A DNA stretch of 64,000 bases, taken from the NCBI GenBank assembly GCA_965219135.1, contig CBDCMV010000003.1, forward strand, positions 2,176,616 through 2,240,615, in the 5' to 3' direction. A program made the position numbers and the translations under genes. This document shows positions 19,075 to 28,104 of the stretch, in pieces; position 1 is the first letter of the stretch; each line of letters starts with the position of its first letter. The notes beneath the pieces are model-generated. The model was given only the letters and a program-made list of their open reading frames with translations. It searched no databases and had not been told where the DNA came from. Source of the stretch: Alphaproteobacteria bacterium. Its GTDB lineage: Bacteria > Pseudomonadota > Alphaproteobacteria > VGEJ01.

Positions 19075-19386
19075 TCAGGCGGTAAGGTGCCGTCGTTTTC
19101 GAACATCCGAGTGCATCGGAGGCGGCGTCCAGGGGACGAGATCGCGCTCAACGAGCATCGCGGCGGCGGCCGGACGGATCTCGCTCCGTTTGTCGACCTG
19201 GCGGGGTCCTTTCCAATCTTCGGAGAGATGCACGACGTAGTAGTGCGAACGATCCGGTGTGGCGTAGTCGATACGCCGGGTGACCGAGCCGACGGTTTCG
19301 CCGTAGACAACGATCATGTACTCGTCCTCTCCGGAGCGGCGGAACGTGATGTCATGGGCACTGAAATCGCAACTGGACATGGGCAA
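19075..19386 (-). CDS. Hypothetical small protein (ICE module)
   Basis: 103-aa ORF between the helicase and ssb. No motif recognised. Confidence 0.35.
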   Translation of the reverse strand: MPMSSCDFSAHDITFRRSGEDEYMIVVYGETVGSVTRRIDYATPDRSHYYVVHLSEDWKGPRQVDKRSEIRPAAAAMLVERDLVPWTPPPMHSDVRKRRHLTA

Positions 19387-19520
19387 TCTCCCGGGGAAAT
19401 GGAATGCGGCAGGCTGGCAAGGGGTTCCCTTCCGCGCGCGTAGCGGTCAAAAAAGAAGGCCGGTTCCGCGCCAGGATCGACGCGGAATCGGCCCCGAAGT
19501 TCGCGGGAGGGAGGAGCCCG

Positions 19521-19964
19521 CTAGAACGGAATCTCGTCGTTCATGTCCGCCTGGCCGGCCGGATCGGATGCGGCTGGCGGGGTCGCCTCAGCGTTGTTCG
19601 CCGGGACGCCGTTGGCGGGTTTGTCTAGGAACTGAATGCGCCCGCCGGGGACCAGTAGGATCTCGGTGGAGAAGCGATCCGACTCCTCGCCGTCCTTGCG
19701 CCACTTGCGGGTCTGCAACTTGCCCGCGACGTAGACCAGCCGGCCCTTCCGGGCGTGCTTTTCGAACATGTCGACCAGCCCGTTCTGGAAGGTGACGACG
19801 CGGTGCCATTCCGTCCGGTCGACCCGCTCGCCGGTCTGGCGGTCGATGTAGCTCTCGTCGGTGGCGATGCTGAGGTTGGCGACGCGCCCGCCGCTGGAGA
19901 GCTGGTTGATGCTGACGTCGGCGCCGAGGCGGCCGATTACTTCTGCGCGGTTCAATCCGAACAT
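19521..19964 (-). CDS. ssb: Single-stranded DNA-binding protein
   Basis: OB-fold SSB N-terminus 'MFGLNRAEVIGRLGADV...VDRTEWHRVVTF', an acidic tail and C-terminal 'DEIPF'. Confidence 0.85.
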   Translation of the reverse strand: MFGLNRAEVIGRLGADVSINQLSSGGRVANLSIATDESYIDRQTGERVDRTEWHRVVTFQNGLVDMFEKHARKGRLVYVAGKLQTRKWRKDGEESDRFSTEILLVPGGRIQFLDKPANGVPANNAEATPPAASDPAGQADMNDEIPF

Positions 19965-20200
19965 GATCGTGTCTCCTATTCAATCTGGTTTATGACGATG
20001 GTTGCCGAACGGGCCGGTTCTCTCTCGATCCCCTTCCCGTTCACTTCTCTCAAGCTCCTCTCCAACTCTCTGTTGCCGCCGGCCCCGTTGCCTGCCAAGT
20101 GGGCGACGACCTTGCCGCTTGCACGGGAGAGAATGGCGGGGCCGACTAGGGCGAGTGGGTGCGGAACGCCGCGGAGATGCGGGTCCTGGTCGGCCCTTCG

Positions 20201-21700
20201 TCAGCCGTCCGCCCCGAGGCCTGGCGCGTAACCGAGGACTTCGCGGATCGTGTGCGAGGGCAACACCGCGCGGCCCATCTGGAACAGCATAAGGTCGAAG
20301 GCGGCCCCGAAATCCTCCGCGAGGTGGGCCTTGACCAGCGCGGTACGGATGGCGCGGAGGTCGTCGCCGAGCCCGATGCCGACGCCGGCCTCCTTGCGCG
20401 CTTCGGCTTCCGCGTCGGGACGCGCGGGCGGCACGGCCGGAGCGGAGATGGCGGGGGCCTGGATGCCGGGGATACCGGCTTCATCGCCGCCGTCATCGAG
20501 CTGCCCTGCGGCATTCGCATCGCCGGGCTCTTGTGCCGGCATGTCCTCGGGCCTGACCAGGCCCTGGACGACTTGTAGCTCACCGTCCCTGCCGACGGTG
20601 GCGATGCATCCGGCGATCGCAAAATCCTCATGCCGGAACGTGGCCCGCGCTTCGACCGCGGCGTCGATCTCCTCGAGCCGGGTTTCGATGGCGTCGGCTT
20701 CGATTGCGAGCTCCTCGGTCCACGCGTCGTCGTCCATCTCGGCAAGCTCGTCGTGACGGGTCCGCAGGCGCTCGCTCTCCGCCTTCTCCTCGCCGGTGGG
20801 TTGAGCCGGTTGGGGATGGATCCGGCCGAATCGGGCGAGGTCGGTCCAGTCGACCTCAAGGCGCGCCTCGGCCCACTTCCAGCGGGTCGCGACCTCGTCC
20901 GCCGCTGCCTGGAGGCTCTCGGTGGCGAGCTTGTCCAGGAGATCGGGATCTTCGAGCCAGACGCCCCGCTCGTCCTCATCCGCGAACAGGTCGCGGTCGA
21001 CCCGTCCGCCGGCCGCCTCGTAAGTCTCGACGCCGACGAAGTGCGCGGTGATGGAGGTGGCGGGCACCCTGTCCTCGGTGAGCATGCGTTTGATCTGCCA
21101 GCCGCTTGGCCGGTAGCTCTGTTCCTTGACCCGCTCCCACACCGCCATCTGGCGCTCGCGGTCGGCGGTGACGGCGAAGGCCTTGAGGGTATCGAGGTCG
21201 ATCTCGTCGGCGCGGTAGGCGTCGAGGAGTTCGGGCGCGGCGTTGCCGAGGCGCAGGCGCTGTTCGACGGTACGCTCCGCCACCCCGAAGCGGGCGGCGA
21301 TGTCGGCGACGGTGGCGCCGGCATCGGCCAGCGCCCCGAAAGCCTGCACCTGGTCGGCCGGGTGCATGGCAACGCGGACCATGTTCTCGGCGAGGGAGAG
21401 CTCGTTGTCGGCCGCGCCGTTGCCGATGACGCGGCAAGGGACAGGGAAGTCGAGGGCCAACACGCCCTCGCGCGCGAGGTCGATGAGCGCCTTTAGCCGC
21501 CGGCCGCCGGCGATGACGGCGTAGCTGCCGTCCGCATTAGAGTCGCATGAGCGAACCACCAGGTTCTCAAGCAGCCCGTGCGAAGCGATGGAAGCCTTGA
21601 GCTCGGTGAAGGCGGTCTTGGCGGCCACGGTCTTGCGGACGTTGGCGGGCGAGAGTTCCAGCCGGTCGAGCGGGATGGATCGGATGACGGGGTCGGTCAT
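20201..21700 (-). CDS. ParB-like nuclease domain protein (ICE-type, not a partition ParB)
   Basis: Start 'MTDPVIRSIPLDRLELSPANVRKT...GLLENLVVR...YAVIAGGRRLKAL' with GGAGA RBS. The track ORF extends further 5' through low-complexity sequence. Confidence 0.75.
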   Translation of the reverse strand: MTDPVIRSIPLDRLELSPANVRKTVAAKTAFTELKASIASHGLLENLVVRSCDSNADGSYAVIAGGRRLKALIDLAREGVLALDFPVPCRVIGNGAADNELSLAENMVRVAMHPADQVQAFGALADAGATVADIAARFGVAERTVEQRLRLGNAAPELLDAYRADEIDLDTLKAFAVTADRERQMAVWERVKEQSYRPSGWQIKRMLTEDRVPATSITAHFVGVETYEAAGGRVDRDLFADEDERGVWLEDPDLLDKLATESLQAAADEVATRWKWAEARLEVDWTDLARFGRIHPQPAQPTGEEKAESERLRTRHDELAEMDDDAWTEELAIEADAIETRLEEIDAAVEARATFRHEDFAIAGCIATVGRDGELQVVQGLVRPEDMPAQEPGDANAAGQLDDGGDEAGIPGIQAPAISAPAVPPARPDAEAEARKEAGVGIGLGDDLRAIRTALVKAHLAEDFGAAFDLMLFQMGRAVLPSHTIREVLGYAPGLGADG

Positions 21701-21965
21701 GTGCGGAGTTCTCCAGAGATGGGACGGCCGCGCGGTGCGGCCGGTCGATGAACGGACGCGTGATCGTGATCGAACACGCGTCCATGGAAGGGAAAGCCGG
21801 GAGCGCCCTCTCGGACGCCCGGGACTCGATCTCAACGGGGCCAGGCTCTGTCTCTTGGTGCCGCACGGCCAGGGAGCCGGTGTCTGGAATAAGTCCGAGC
21901 AGTGACAATCGAGGGAGTCGGGTTCGGCACTCTTGCCGGACGTTGCCGCTGCAGTGGCAGCCCGG

Positions 21966-22205
21966 TCATGCCTCTCGTTCGTCGTGGTCGGTCAGTCGAA
22001 TTCCCGCCACGATCGACACGAAGAGCGGGGTAATGAGGTATTCGTCCTCGCTGCCGCCCTCGCCGGCCGGGTGGACGGTGACGGTGGCGATGGCTGCTTC
22101 CGGTTTCCCTGCGCAGAAGCAGGAGACGAGGGCGAAATTCTCATAGCAGCCGCTGGTCAGTGCCTCGAAGGCGCGGCGGTGCTCGTCTGTGATGTTGGTG
22201 GTCAT
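21966..22205 (-). CDS. Small conserved hypothetical protein (79 aa)
   Basis: ATG at 22205 with GGAGA RBS: 'MTTNITDEHRRAFEALTSGCYENFALVSCFCAGKPEAAIATV...'. Confidence 0.4.
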   Translation of the reverse strand: MTTNITDEHRRAFEALTSGCYENFALVSCFCAGKPEAAIATVTVHPAGEGGSEDEYLITPLFVSIVAGIRLTDHDEREA

Positions 22206-22351
22206 GGTTGCGATCTCCGTGTGGACGGGGCGCCGGCGCCGATTGCTCTCACCCGGGCAGCGGCCGCGAGGGCGCGGTCGCCGGGGGAGCGGCGGTGGTT
22301 TTGTGGCGCTTGGTATGGGGGCAGCGGCGCGACGGGCGCCGCCGAGGCGGC

Positions 22352-23761
22352 TCAATCGGATACGATGGAGATGTGCTCGCCCCAGGGCGGTGGGCTGCGC
22401 CACGTCCCGCCAACCGGTCCGTAGTCGCACCACAGGACAGGATAACCAGGCTCGTTCTCGGGGTAGCTGTCGCACTCCATGTCGGTGAAGTAGAGACAGC
22501 AGCTTGGGCGTAGACCTTGCGCGGCAAGCCACGCGAAGCCGGGCCGGAAGTCGGTGCCGCCCCGGCCCTTCAGCGCGATCTCTTCGGGCAGGTCGCCGGC
22601 GGCATAATCGGCGGCGTCCTGCAAAGCGGCGTCGACCTGCAGGACGAAGACGGTCTCCGGTTGTAGTTCGGCGGCGATCTCGCGCACCTCGGTCCAGAAT
22701 GCGGCGAGAGTCCGGGCCGGCAGCGAGGCCGAGGTGTCGATGATGACGGCGATCGTGTCGATGCCTTGCCCGCGGATCGAGGGAAGATAGAGCCCGTTGT
22801 CGATGAAGCGACGGTTGGGGAGGCTCCAGCTGTAGTCGCTGCGGGCCGCGTCGGTCATGTAGCGGCGCAGGAGCGTGCGCCAGTCGAGGACGCTCGCGTG
22901 GGCGCCGCGGATGGTCCCCTCGACGGCGCCCGGCGCCTTGCCCTGCGCCTTAGCGAGGCTCAAGGCCTGGTGCATGGCCTCGTCCCAGGCCTGCTCCTCT
23001 GCGGCGGTGTCCAATGGCGCCTCGACGGACACGCTGTCATCGCCGTTGCGCGATCCCGCGTCCATGATTTCGCCTGTGCCGCCGGGATCGAAACTCGTCG
23101 GCGCGTCGCCCCCGCCGACCGTTCCTGGACCGTCCTTGTCTTTCGGATCGGCGTTATTGGACAGGTCGCCGGTGGAACCGGAATTATGGTCGCCACCGTC
23201 CGCAGCTGGATCACCCTCGTCTTGCGGATGGCCGTTGTCGGACGGATTGTTGGCGCCGGTAGCGGATTGCGCGCCCGCCGCGTTGCTGCCGGCTTCGGAA
23301 GTCGGGCTGTCGTTTCCGTCGCTGTTCTCGGATTCCGGCAGGCGGTCGTAGGCTTGCTCGACGCTCAATCCGTCCCACGCCTCGGCGTCGGGCGGCAGGG
23401 TGAAGCCCGCGTCGCGCAGCAGCCCGTGGGTGACGAGCTGCGAGGCCCGCTGCCAGCGTTCCGGATCGCGCTCGCCCCGCCGCGTGTGGTGCTTCAAAGT
23501 GCAGGCCAGCACCACCCGCCCGATCGCCGTCTTGATGAGATCGGCGTCGGTATCCGCGACCCACTGCGGCGAATAGCGGATCTCGTGGCCGTCGCTCGCG
23601 AGCGTCTCGCGGCTGGCGTCGGCGCGGATCGGCAGACGCAACGCCAGGCTGCCGAAGAAGGGCTGATCGCGGAGCAGCGCGGTGACGCAGTCGCTGAGGC
23701 GGTACGCAGACTCCCTGCCGGTCCTGGCTGTGGCCGGTATCATCATGATTGCATCCACCAC
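22352..23761 (-). CDS. vWA / DUF2201 (CobT-like metallopeptidase-fold) protein, partner of the MoxR-type ATPase
   Basis: C-terminal vWA-like 'IDTIAVIIDTSASLP...' and an acidic low-complexity linker. Start alternatives are GTG 23761 and ATG 23743. Confidence 0.65.
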   Translation of the reverse strand: MVDAIMMIPATARTGRESAYRLSDCVTALLRDQPFFGSLALRLPIRADASRETLASDGHEIRYSPQWVADTDADLIKTAIGRVVLACTLKHHTRRGERDPERWQRASQLVTHGLLRDAGFTLPPDAEAWDGLSVEQAYDRLPESENSDGNDSPTSEAGSNAAGAQSATGANNPSDNGHPQDEGDPAADGGDHNSGSTGDLSNNADPKDKDGPGTVGGGDAPTSFDPGGTGEIMDAGSRNGDDSVSVEAPLDTAAEEQAWDEAMHQALSLAKAQGKAPGAVEGTIRGAHASVLDWRTLLRRYMTDAARSDYSWSLPNRRFIDNGLYLPSIRGQGIDTIAVIIDTSASLPARTLAAFWTEVREIAAELQPETVFVLQVDAALQDAADYAAGDLPEEIALKGRGGTDFRPGFAWLAAQGLRPSCCLYFTDMECDSYPENEPGYPVLWCDYGPVGGTWRSPPPWGEHISIVSD

Positions 23762-23976
23762 AGGTGGGTGGCACGGCCGCCCACCTGTGCCATGACGCTC
23801 TGAATCCAGCCGCGGGCTTCCGTATCGGCAAGGTGGCGATAGGCGGAGATGCGCTGGAGGCCGGTGGCCCTCGCCAATGCGCTTGTGGACATGGGTTCGT
23901 GGCGCGCATCCTTGCGGACTGGCACGTTCTCAAAGAGCCGGTTCATGCGGGAGTGGTTGAGCTGCGAGGTGGGCAT
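23743..23976 (-). CDS. Small HTH-containing protein, translationally coupled to the DUF3150 gene
   Basis: Its ATG overlaps the stop of the upstream gene (TAATG). GGAGG RBS. 'MSTSALARATGLQRISAYRHLADTE' is HTH-like. Confidence 0.4.
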   Translation of the reverse strand: MPTSQLNHSRMNRLFENVPVRKDARHEPMSTSALARATGLQRISAYRHLADTEARGWIQSVMAQVGGRATHLWWMQS

Positions 23977-24875
23977 TACGCCGCCTCCCGATCAGCCGCG
24001 CCGGCGGGCGCAAAATACCCGGCGAATTGCTCCTTCAGCGCGTCGGCGTCGCGCTTCACCTGGCGCCGGACATTCGGATTGAAGGTGCGCGACGGGCGGA
24101 GCGTTTCGGGATCGGCACCGGCGATGCGATCCTTCACCCGCTCGCAGAGGCGTGCGAGGTGATCGTCGCCAAAGATGTTGAGGCGGGGCACCACGTCGAC
24201 CAGGCCGCGGATGTTCTCGATCATCGAGTCGCGGAACACCAGCGGCTTGCCATTCTCGTCCTCCTGCAGGCGCCCCGAGACGCGCTCGACCGCCTCGCCC
24301 AGGCGCCGGTAGAGATCGGCCACCGCGTCGTGCAGGCGTTCCTCGATCTGGTGCTCGATGTCGCGCTTGACCCGATCGGTATCGCCGGAAGCGAGCTTCG
24401 CCATGAAGTGGTCGGCGTCCGGGACGGGCACGATCCGGTAGCGGATCGCGAACTTGCCCTGGAGCGCTTCTTTCGAGGGATAGTCCTCGATGCGGAACAG
24501 CCGCCCGAGGTCCATGCGCGACTGGTCGATGTAATCGTCGTAATCCTCGATGAAGCGGGCGCGCTCGCGCACCACGCGCTCGCGGAGGGCGTTCAGCAAC
24601 TCGGTGTAGCGCTCGTAGTTGGCGACGGTGAGCAGCCGCGAGCCCTGGTCGTCCCAGGGCAACGACTGGTCGTAATGGCTGGAACGCGCAGCGCTCATGG
24701 TGGCGGTCAAAGCAGCGAAAGCGGCCTTAGGCAGGAGCCGCTTGTTGTAGCGTCCCGCGCTCGCGCTCGCCTCGTGGTGGGCGGCGACATGGTTGCTGGC
24801 CTGGCGGTCGTAGAGCCGGCCGGACCAGGCATTGATGCGCAAGGACACCAGCATGGCGTCGTGAGTGAGGTTCAT
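23976..24875 (-). CDS. DUF3150 family protein (ICE module)
   Basis: 299 aa with GGAGA RBS. It sits in the conserved DUF3150 - ATPase - vWA gene neighbourhood. Confidence 0.55.
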   Translation of the reverse strand: MNLTHDAMLVSLRINAWSGRLYDRQASNHVAAHHEASASAGRYNKRLLPKAAFAALTATMSAARSSHYDQSLPWDDQGSRLLTVANYERYTELLNALRERVVRERARFIEDYDDYIDQSRMDLGRLFRIEDYPSKEALQGKFAIRYRIVPVPDADHFMAKLASGDTDRVKRDIEHQIEERLHDAVADLYRRLGEAVERVSGRLQEDENGKPLVFRDSMIENIRGLVDVVPRLNIFGDDHLARLCERVKDRIAGADPETLRPSRTFNPNVRRQVKRDADALKEQFAGYFAPAGAADREAA

Positions 24876-24902
24876 AGTCGGGGTCTCCGAATAAGAAGGT
24901 GT

Positions 24903-25928
24903 CTAATGGGTCCTGGCTGCGGCCCAGCGGATGAAGGCCGGGGTGTTCTGCAGGGCCGGGTCGCGCCGCACGCACGAGCCGACGAGGAACTCGCCGACTT
25001 CGCGCCTGAGCCGCGCCGCATAGGTGACGATGGCGCCGAGATTGATGTCGTCGGCGAGGCGGTAGAGCGAGCCGCAGAGAGCGATCAACGCGCTCGCGTT
25101 GTCGGGAACGGCGGCGTTCTCTGGATCGTCGATGACGGCCCTGGGATGGGGAAGCTCGCGCCAGACCTTGAGGAAAGCGGCGAACTCGACGGCGGCGGCC
25201 TCGCCGACGGTGCCCCGGAACAGCGCGCGCTCGGAGACCGTATCGAGGCCATTGCGGTGTTGCAGGATGTTCGAAATGAAGCTCCAGGTACGCGGGCAAG
25301 CAAAAGCGGCCTCCCGCGTCTGGGGGTCGAACTGATGCAGGAGCTCCGGCCTGAGCTGGATGAAGAAAATTACCTCGGCCGCGATTGCGTTGACCGCAGC
25401 CCAGGCGCACCAATCGGCCGCGTCGACGCGGATCTCCAGATGAACGAAGCGCGATGCGAGCGGTGTCGGCATGCGGTGGGTAACGCCGCGATCGCTTTCA
25501 CGGTTGCCGCAGGCGATCAGCGACGCGCCCTCGGGTAACTCGTACTCGCCGCATTTGCGGTCGAGCACCAACTGGTAAAGAGCGGCCTGGACCATGGGCA
25601 GGGCGGAGGGCAGTTCTTCGAGGTTGATGAGCCAGCGGCCGGGATCGTCCGATGGCGGTAGGAAGGAGGGGGGCGCCCAGCGGGTGCGGTCGGCGCCGTC
25701 GCGCCAGGGGATGCCGCGCAGGTCGACGGGATCGAGCAGCAGCGCGCGCACATCGACGTACTCGCGGCCGCCGGCGGCGGCGACCTGTTGGGCGATGTCC
25801 GATTTTGCGCTGCCGGGCGGGCCCCAGACCACAGCCGGTTGGCGGGCTTCCACCAGCAACGCCAGGGTGTCGGCGAGCTCGCTCGGGCGAAGTGTGTAGT
25901 CGGCGGAGATGGTGTCGGGGTCGGTCAT
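24903..25928 (-). CDS. MoxR/CbbQ-like AAA+ ATPase
   Basis: Walker A 'VVWGPPGSAKSDIAQQVA' and Walker B 'LINLEEL'. 341 aa. Confidence 0.75.
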   Translation of the reverse strand: MTDPDTISADYTLRPSELADTLALLVEARQPAVVWGPPGSAKSDIAQQVAAAGGREYVDVRALLLDPVDLRGIPWRDGADRTRWAPPSFLPPSDDPGRWLINLEELPSALPMVQAALYQLVLDRKCGEYELPEGASLIACGNRESDRGVTHRMPTPLASRFVHLEIRVDAADWCAWAAVNAIAAEVIFFIQLRPELLHQFDPQTREAAFACPRTWSFISNILQHRNGLDTVSERALFRGTVGEAAAVEFAAFLKVWRELPHPRAVIDDPENAAVPDNASALIALCGSLYRLADDINLGAIVTYAARLRREVGEFLVGSCVRRDPALQNTPAFIRWAAARTH

Positions 25929-26626
25929 TGGGAGCTCCGGACAAGTGGAAGTCGCGGGCGGAACGCCTCCAGACGCTCCGATCCTCGCCCCTTCCGAGCT
26001 TGGCTTTGCTCCTCGACGTGTCAGGGCACGAGCCTGCCGAACGGATCAAGCGCTCCCCGCGTGACCGGGGATCTCGCAGCTACGGCGCCGTTGCTGTCTT
26101 CGGGAAAAGACGGGCGGGTTGGAGAAACTGGATGATGGGAGTTTGGTTGTGACGGGCGGCGTCGCCTGCTCAAGGTCCGCGACCAACGCTGTACAGTCTA
26201 CTCAAATTCAAATTAGCTTGAGTGATAATCTGGATTGTTCTTCAATTGAGTTGAAGCGTCTCAACTGTTTTTCGAGAAATTATCTGACGTTTCCGATCTA
26301 TTTCCCGCCGCCAGATTGTGGTGGTCCCAAAGACATTGTCACGTTATCGAACGGCCGTGCCACGAATTGGCATAAATCTCAAACTCAAGCGGTGGCGGGG
26401 CAGTTTGCCGCAGGCTCAGTGCGTGGTTGCGAAACTGGCGCAATGTTATTCGGGGAATCAGATAGCGTTGAACGTTGAAGGTGTTGTAAACCGTGGTGTA
26501 GGTAGAGAGAAACCGTTGCGCTGATCGAGCCGGTTTGAAACGCTGCATTCGTCGTTCCCGCTGCCGGATCGGCGCTCCGGAATCCGGCGTTATTTTGAAA
26601 ATGCAGGACAACAAGGTGCGCCATTC

Positions 26627-27376
26627 ATGACAGTCAGGATATTGCTGCCGCTGCTGGCGATCGCCGCCGCCGCGGCATTCATCCCGGACAGCCGCGCTGA
26701 GTCTCCGGTCACCCCGAACCTCGACAGGGAGGCGGTCCGCAAGATCGTCAGGGAATACCTGCTCGAACATCCCGAAGTCATCGAAGAAGCCATCCAGGTT
26801 CTGCAGGCGAGGCGGGAATCGCGAGAGCAGGACCGCGTCCGCGCGGCGCTCCTCGAGCACGACAAAGCGTTGCGGTCCCACCCGATGTCGCCGGTCTCGG
26901 GCAACCCGAAGGGCGATGTCACCCTCGTCGAGTTCTTTGACTACCAGTGCGGCTATTGCAAACGGTCGCTGAAGCCCGTGAAGGACCTGCTGGAGACTGA
27001 CAGGCAGCTGCGCGTCGTCTGGAAGGAGTTTCCCATCCTCGGTCCGGTATCGCGGTTCGCGGCCCGGGCGGCGATGGCCTCCGAGAAGCAGGGCCGGTAC
27101 TTCGAATTCCATGTCGCCGTCATGGGTTCGCGCGGTAAACTGACGGAAGACAGGGTCATGGCTATTGCCGGCAGCGTCGGTCTCGACATCCAACGCCTTC
27201 GCCGCGACATGGAGGATCGCGCCATCGAGAACTACCTCGACGAAACAATCCGCCTGGCCCGGGTCCTCGGCATCCGCGGGACTCCTGCGTTCGTGATCGG
27301 CGACACCCTGGTTCCGGGCGTCGTCGGCGATGCCCGCCTGAAGGAACTCATCGCCAAGGCCCGGTCGGGCAGCTAA
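26627..27376 (+). CDS. DsbA-family thiol:disulfide oxidoreductase (periplasmic)
   Basis: Signal peptide 'MTVRILLPLLAIAAAAAF'. Thioredoxin CxxC 'FDYQCGYCKR'. AAGGTG RBS. Confidence 0.85.
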   Translation: MTVRILLPLLAIAAAAAFIPDSRAESPVTPNLDREAVRKIVREYLLEHPEVIEEAIQVLQARRESREQDRVRAALLEHDKALRSHPMSPVSGNPKGDVTLVEFFDYQCGYCKRSLKPVKDLLETDRQLRVVWKEFPILGPVSRFAARAAMASEKQGRYFEFHVAVMGSRGKLTEDRVMAIAGSVGLDIQRLRRDMEDRAIENYLDETIRLARVLGIRGTPAFVIGDTLVPGVVGDARLKELIAKARSGS

Positions 27377-27596
27377 GGCCGCGGTCGGCCGTAAGCTGGC
27401 GCAGCCGGAACGCACGGCCCCACGTTCCGCGCCGGCATGTTCATGCGGTATTTTTTCCATCCCGTCTGCCTGCGGACCGGGACGGGCTCACCTTCCGGGT
27501 GTGTTGTTCGGCTCCGAACATTAACCCCTGACAAATGAACGGGATCAACAACTTGCGGAGCCGATCGGCGTCGAAGGGCCGCGCCGGTCAACAATC
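27147..27596 (+). repeat. Direct repeat copy 1 (dsbA 3' end plus 220 bp downstream), about 96% identical to 32336-32788
   Basis: Alignment by eye of 27161-27380 against 32361-32590 shows only a handful of mismatches. Confidence 0.85.
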
Positions 27597-27856
27597 CAGA
27601 CCGCCGCGGCACGGATCACTGGAAGCATCGGCGGGAATCTGTCGTCTGTTCAAGTGGTCGACGAAACCAATAGACAATGAGTACGCGCTGTCTACACCAC
27701 AGATTCACATCACGGCCGCTCGCGATCAGCAAAAACCAGTGTGCCGGGTACGAAATGCCCGCTGCGGACATATCGCATTTGCGTGGCACACGTCATCTCT
27801 TGTTCTACACTGACACAGTTTCCGCTCACACCGGTAAAATCACAGGGAGGACGACC

Positions 27857-28051
27857 ATGGCAAAGAAACGCGCGGATCGCAGCCGAGACACCGCACCCGA
27901 ACCCGGTCCAGCCGCCAAACCAAAGACCGTCCCCGCCAGCAAAGTTGGATTGTCGCTCACGATCAGCGACAAGGCGCTGAAGGATTTCGATCGAAAGCAG
28001 GAGGAGACCATCAAAGCAGCTGAAAACGACCAGAAGTTCTCATGGCGATGA
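27857..28051 (+). CDS. Small basic hypothetical protein (64 aa) upstream of the papain-like peptidase gene
   Basis: ATG 27857 with GGGAGG RBS: 'MAKKRADRSRDTAPEPGPAAKPKTVPASKVGLSLTISDKALKDFDRKQEETIKAAENDQKFSWR'. Confidence 0.35.
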   Translation: MAKKRADRSRDTAPEPGPAAKPKTVPASKVGLSLTISDKALKDFDRKQEETIKAAENDQKFSWR

Positions 28052-28104
28052 GCTGCGCGCTCACCTAGCTTTCCCGCGACCCGCATCCACCCTTCCGCCC
28101 GATA

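Noticed and set aside
20146-21372. 408-aa alternative-frame ORF within the ParB-like gene
   Set aside because: Ser/Pro/Arg-rich nonsense. The ParB/Srx motif is in the other frame.
26339-27460. 373-aa minus-strand ORF overlapping dsbA
   Set aside because: The sense-strand DsbA has a signal peptide, a CxxC active site and a good RBS. The antisense ORF has no features.
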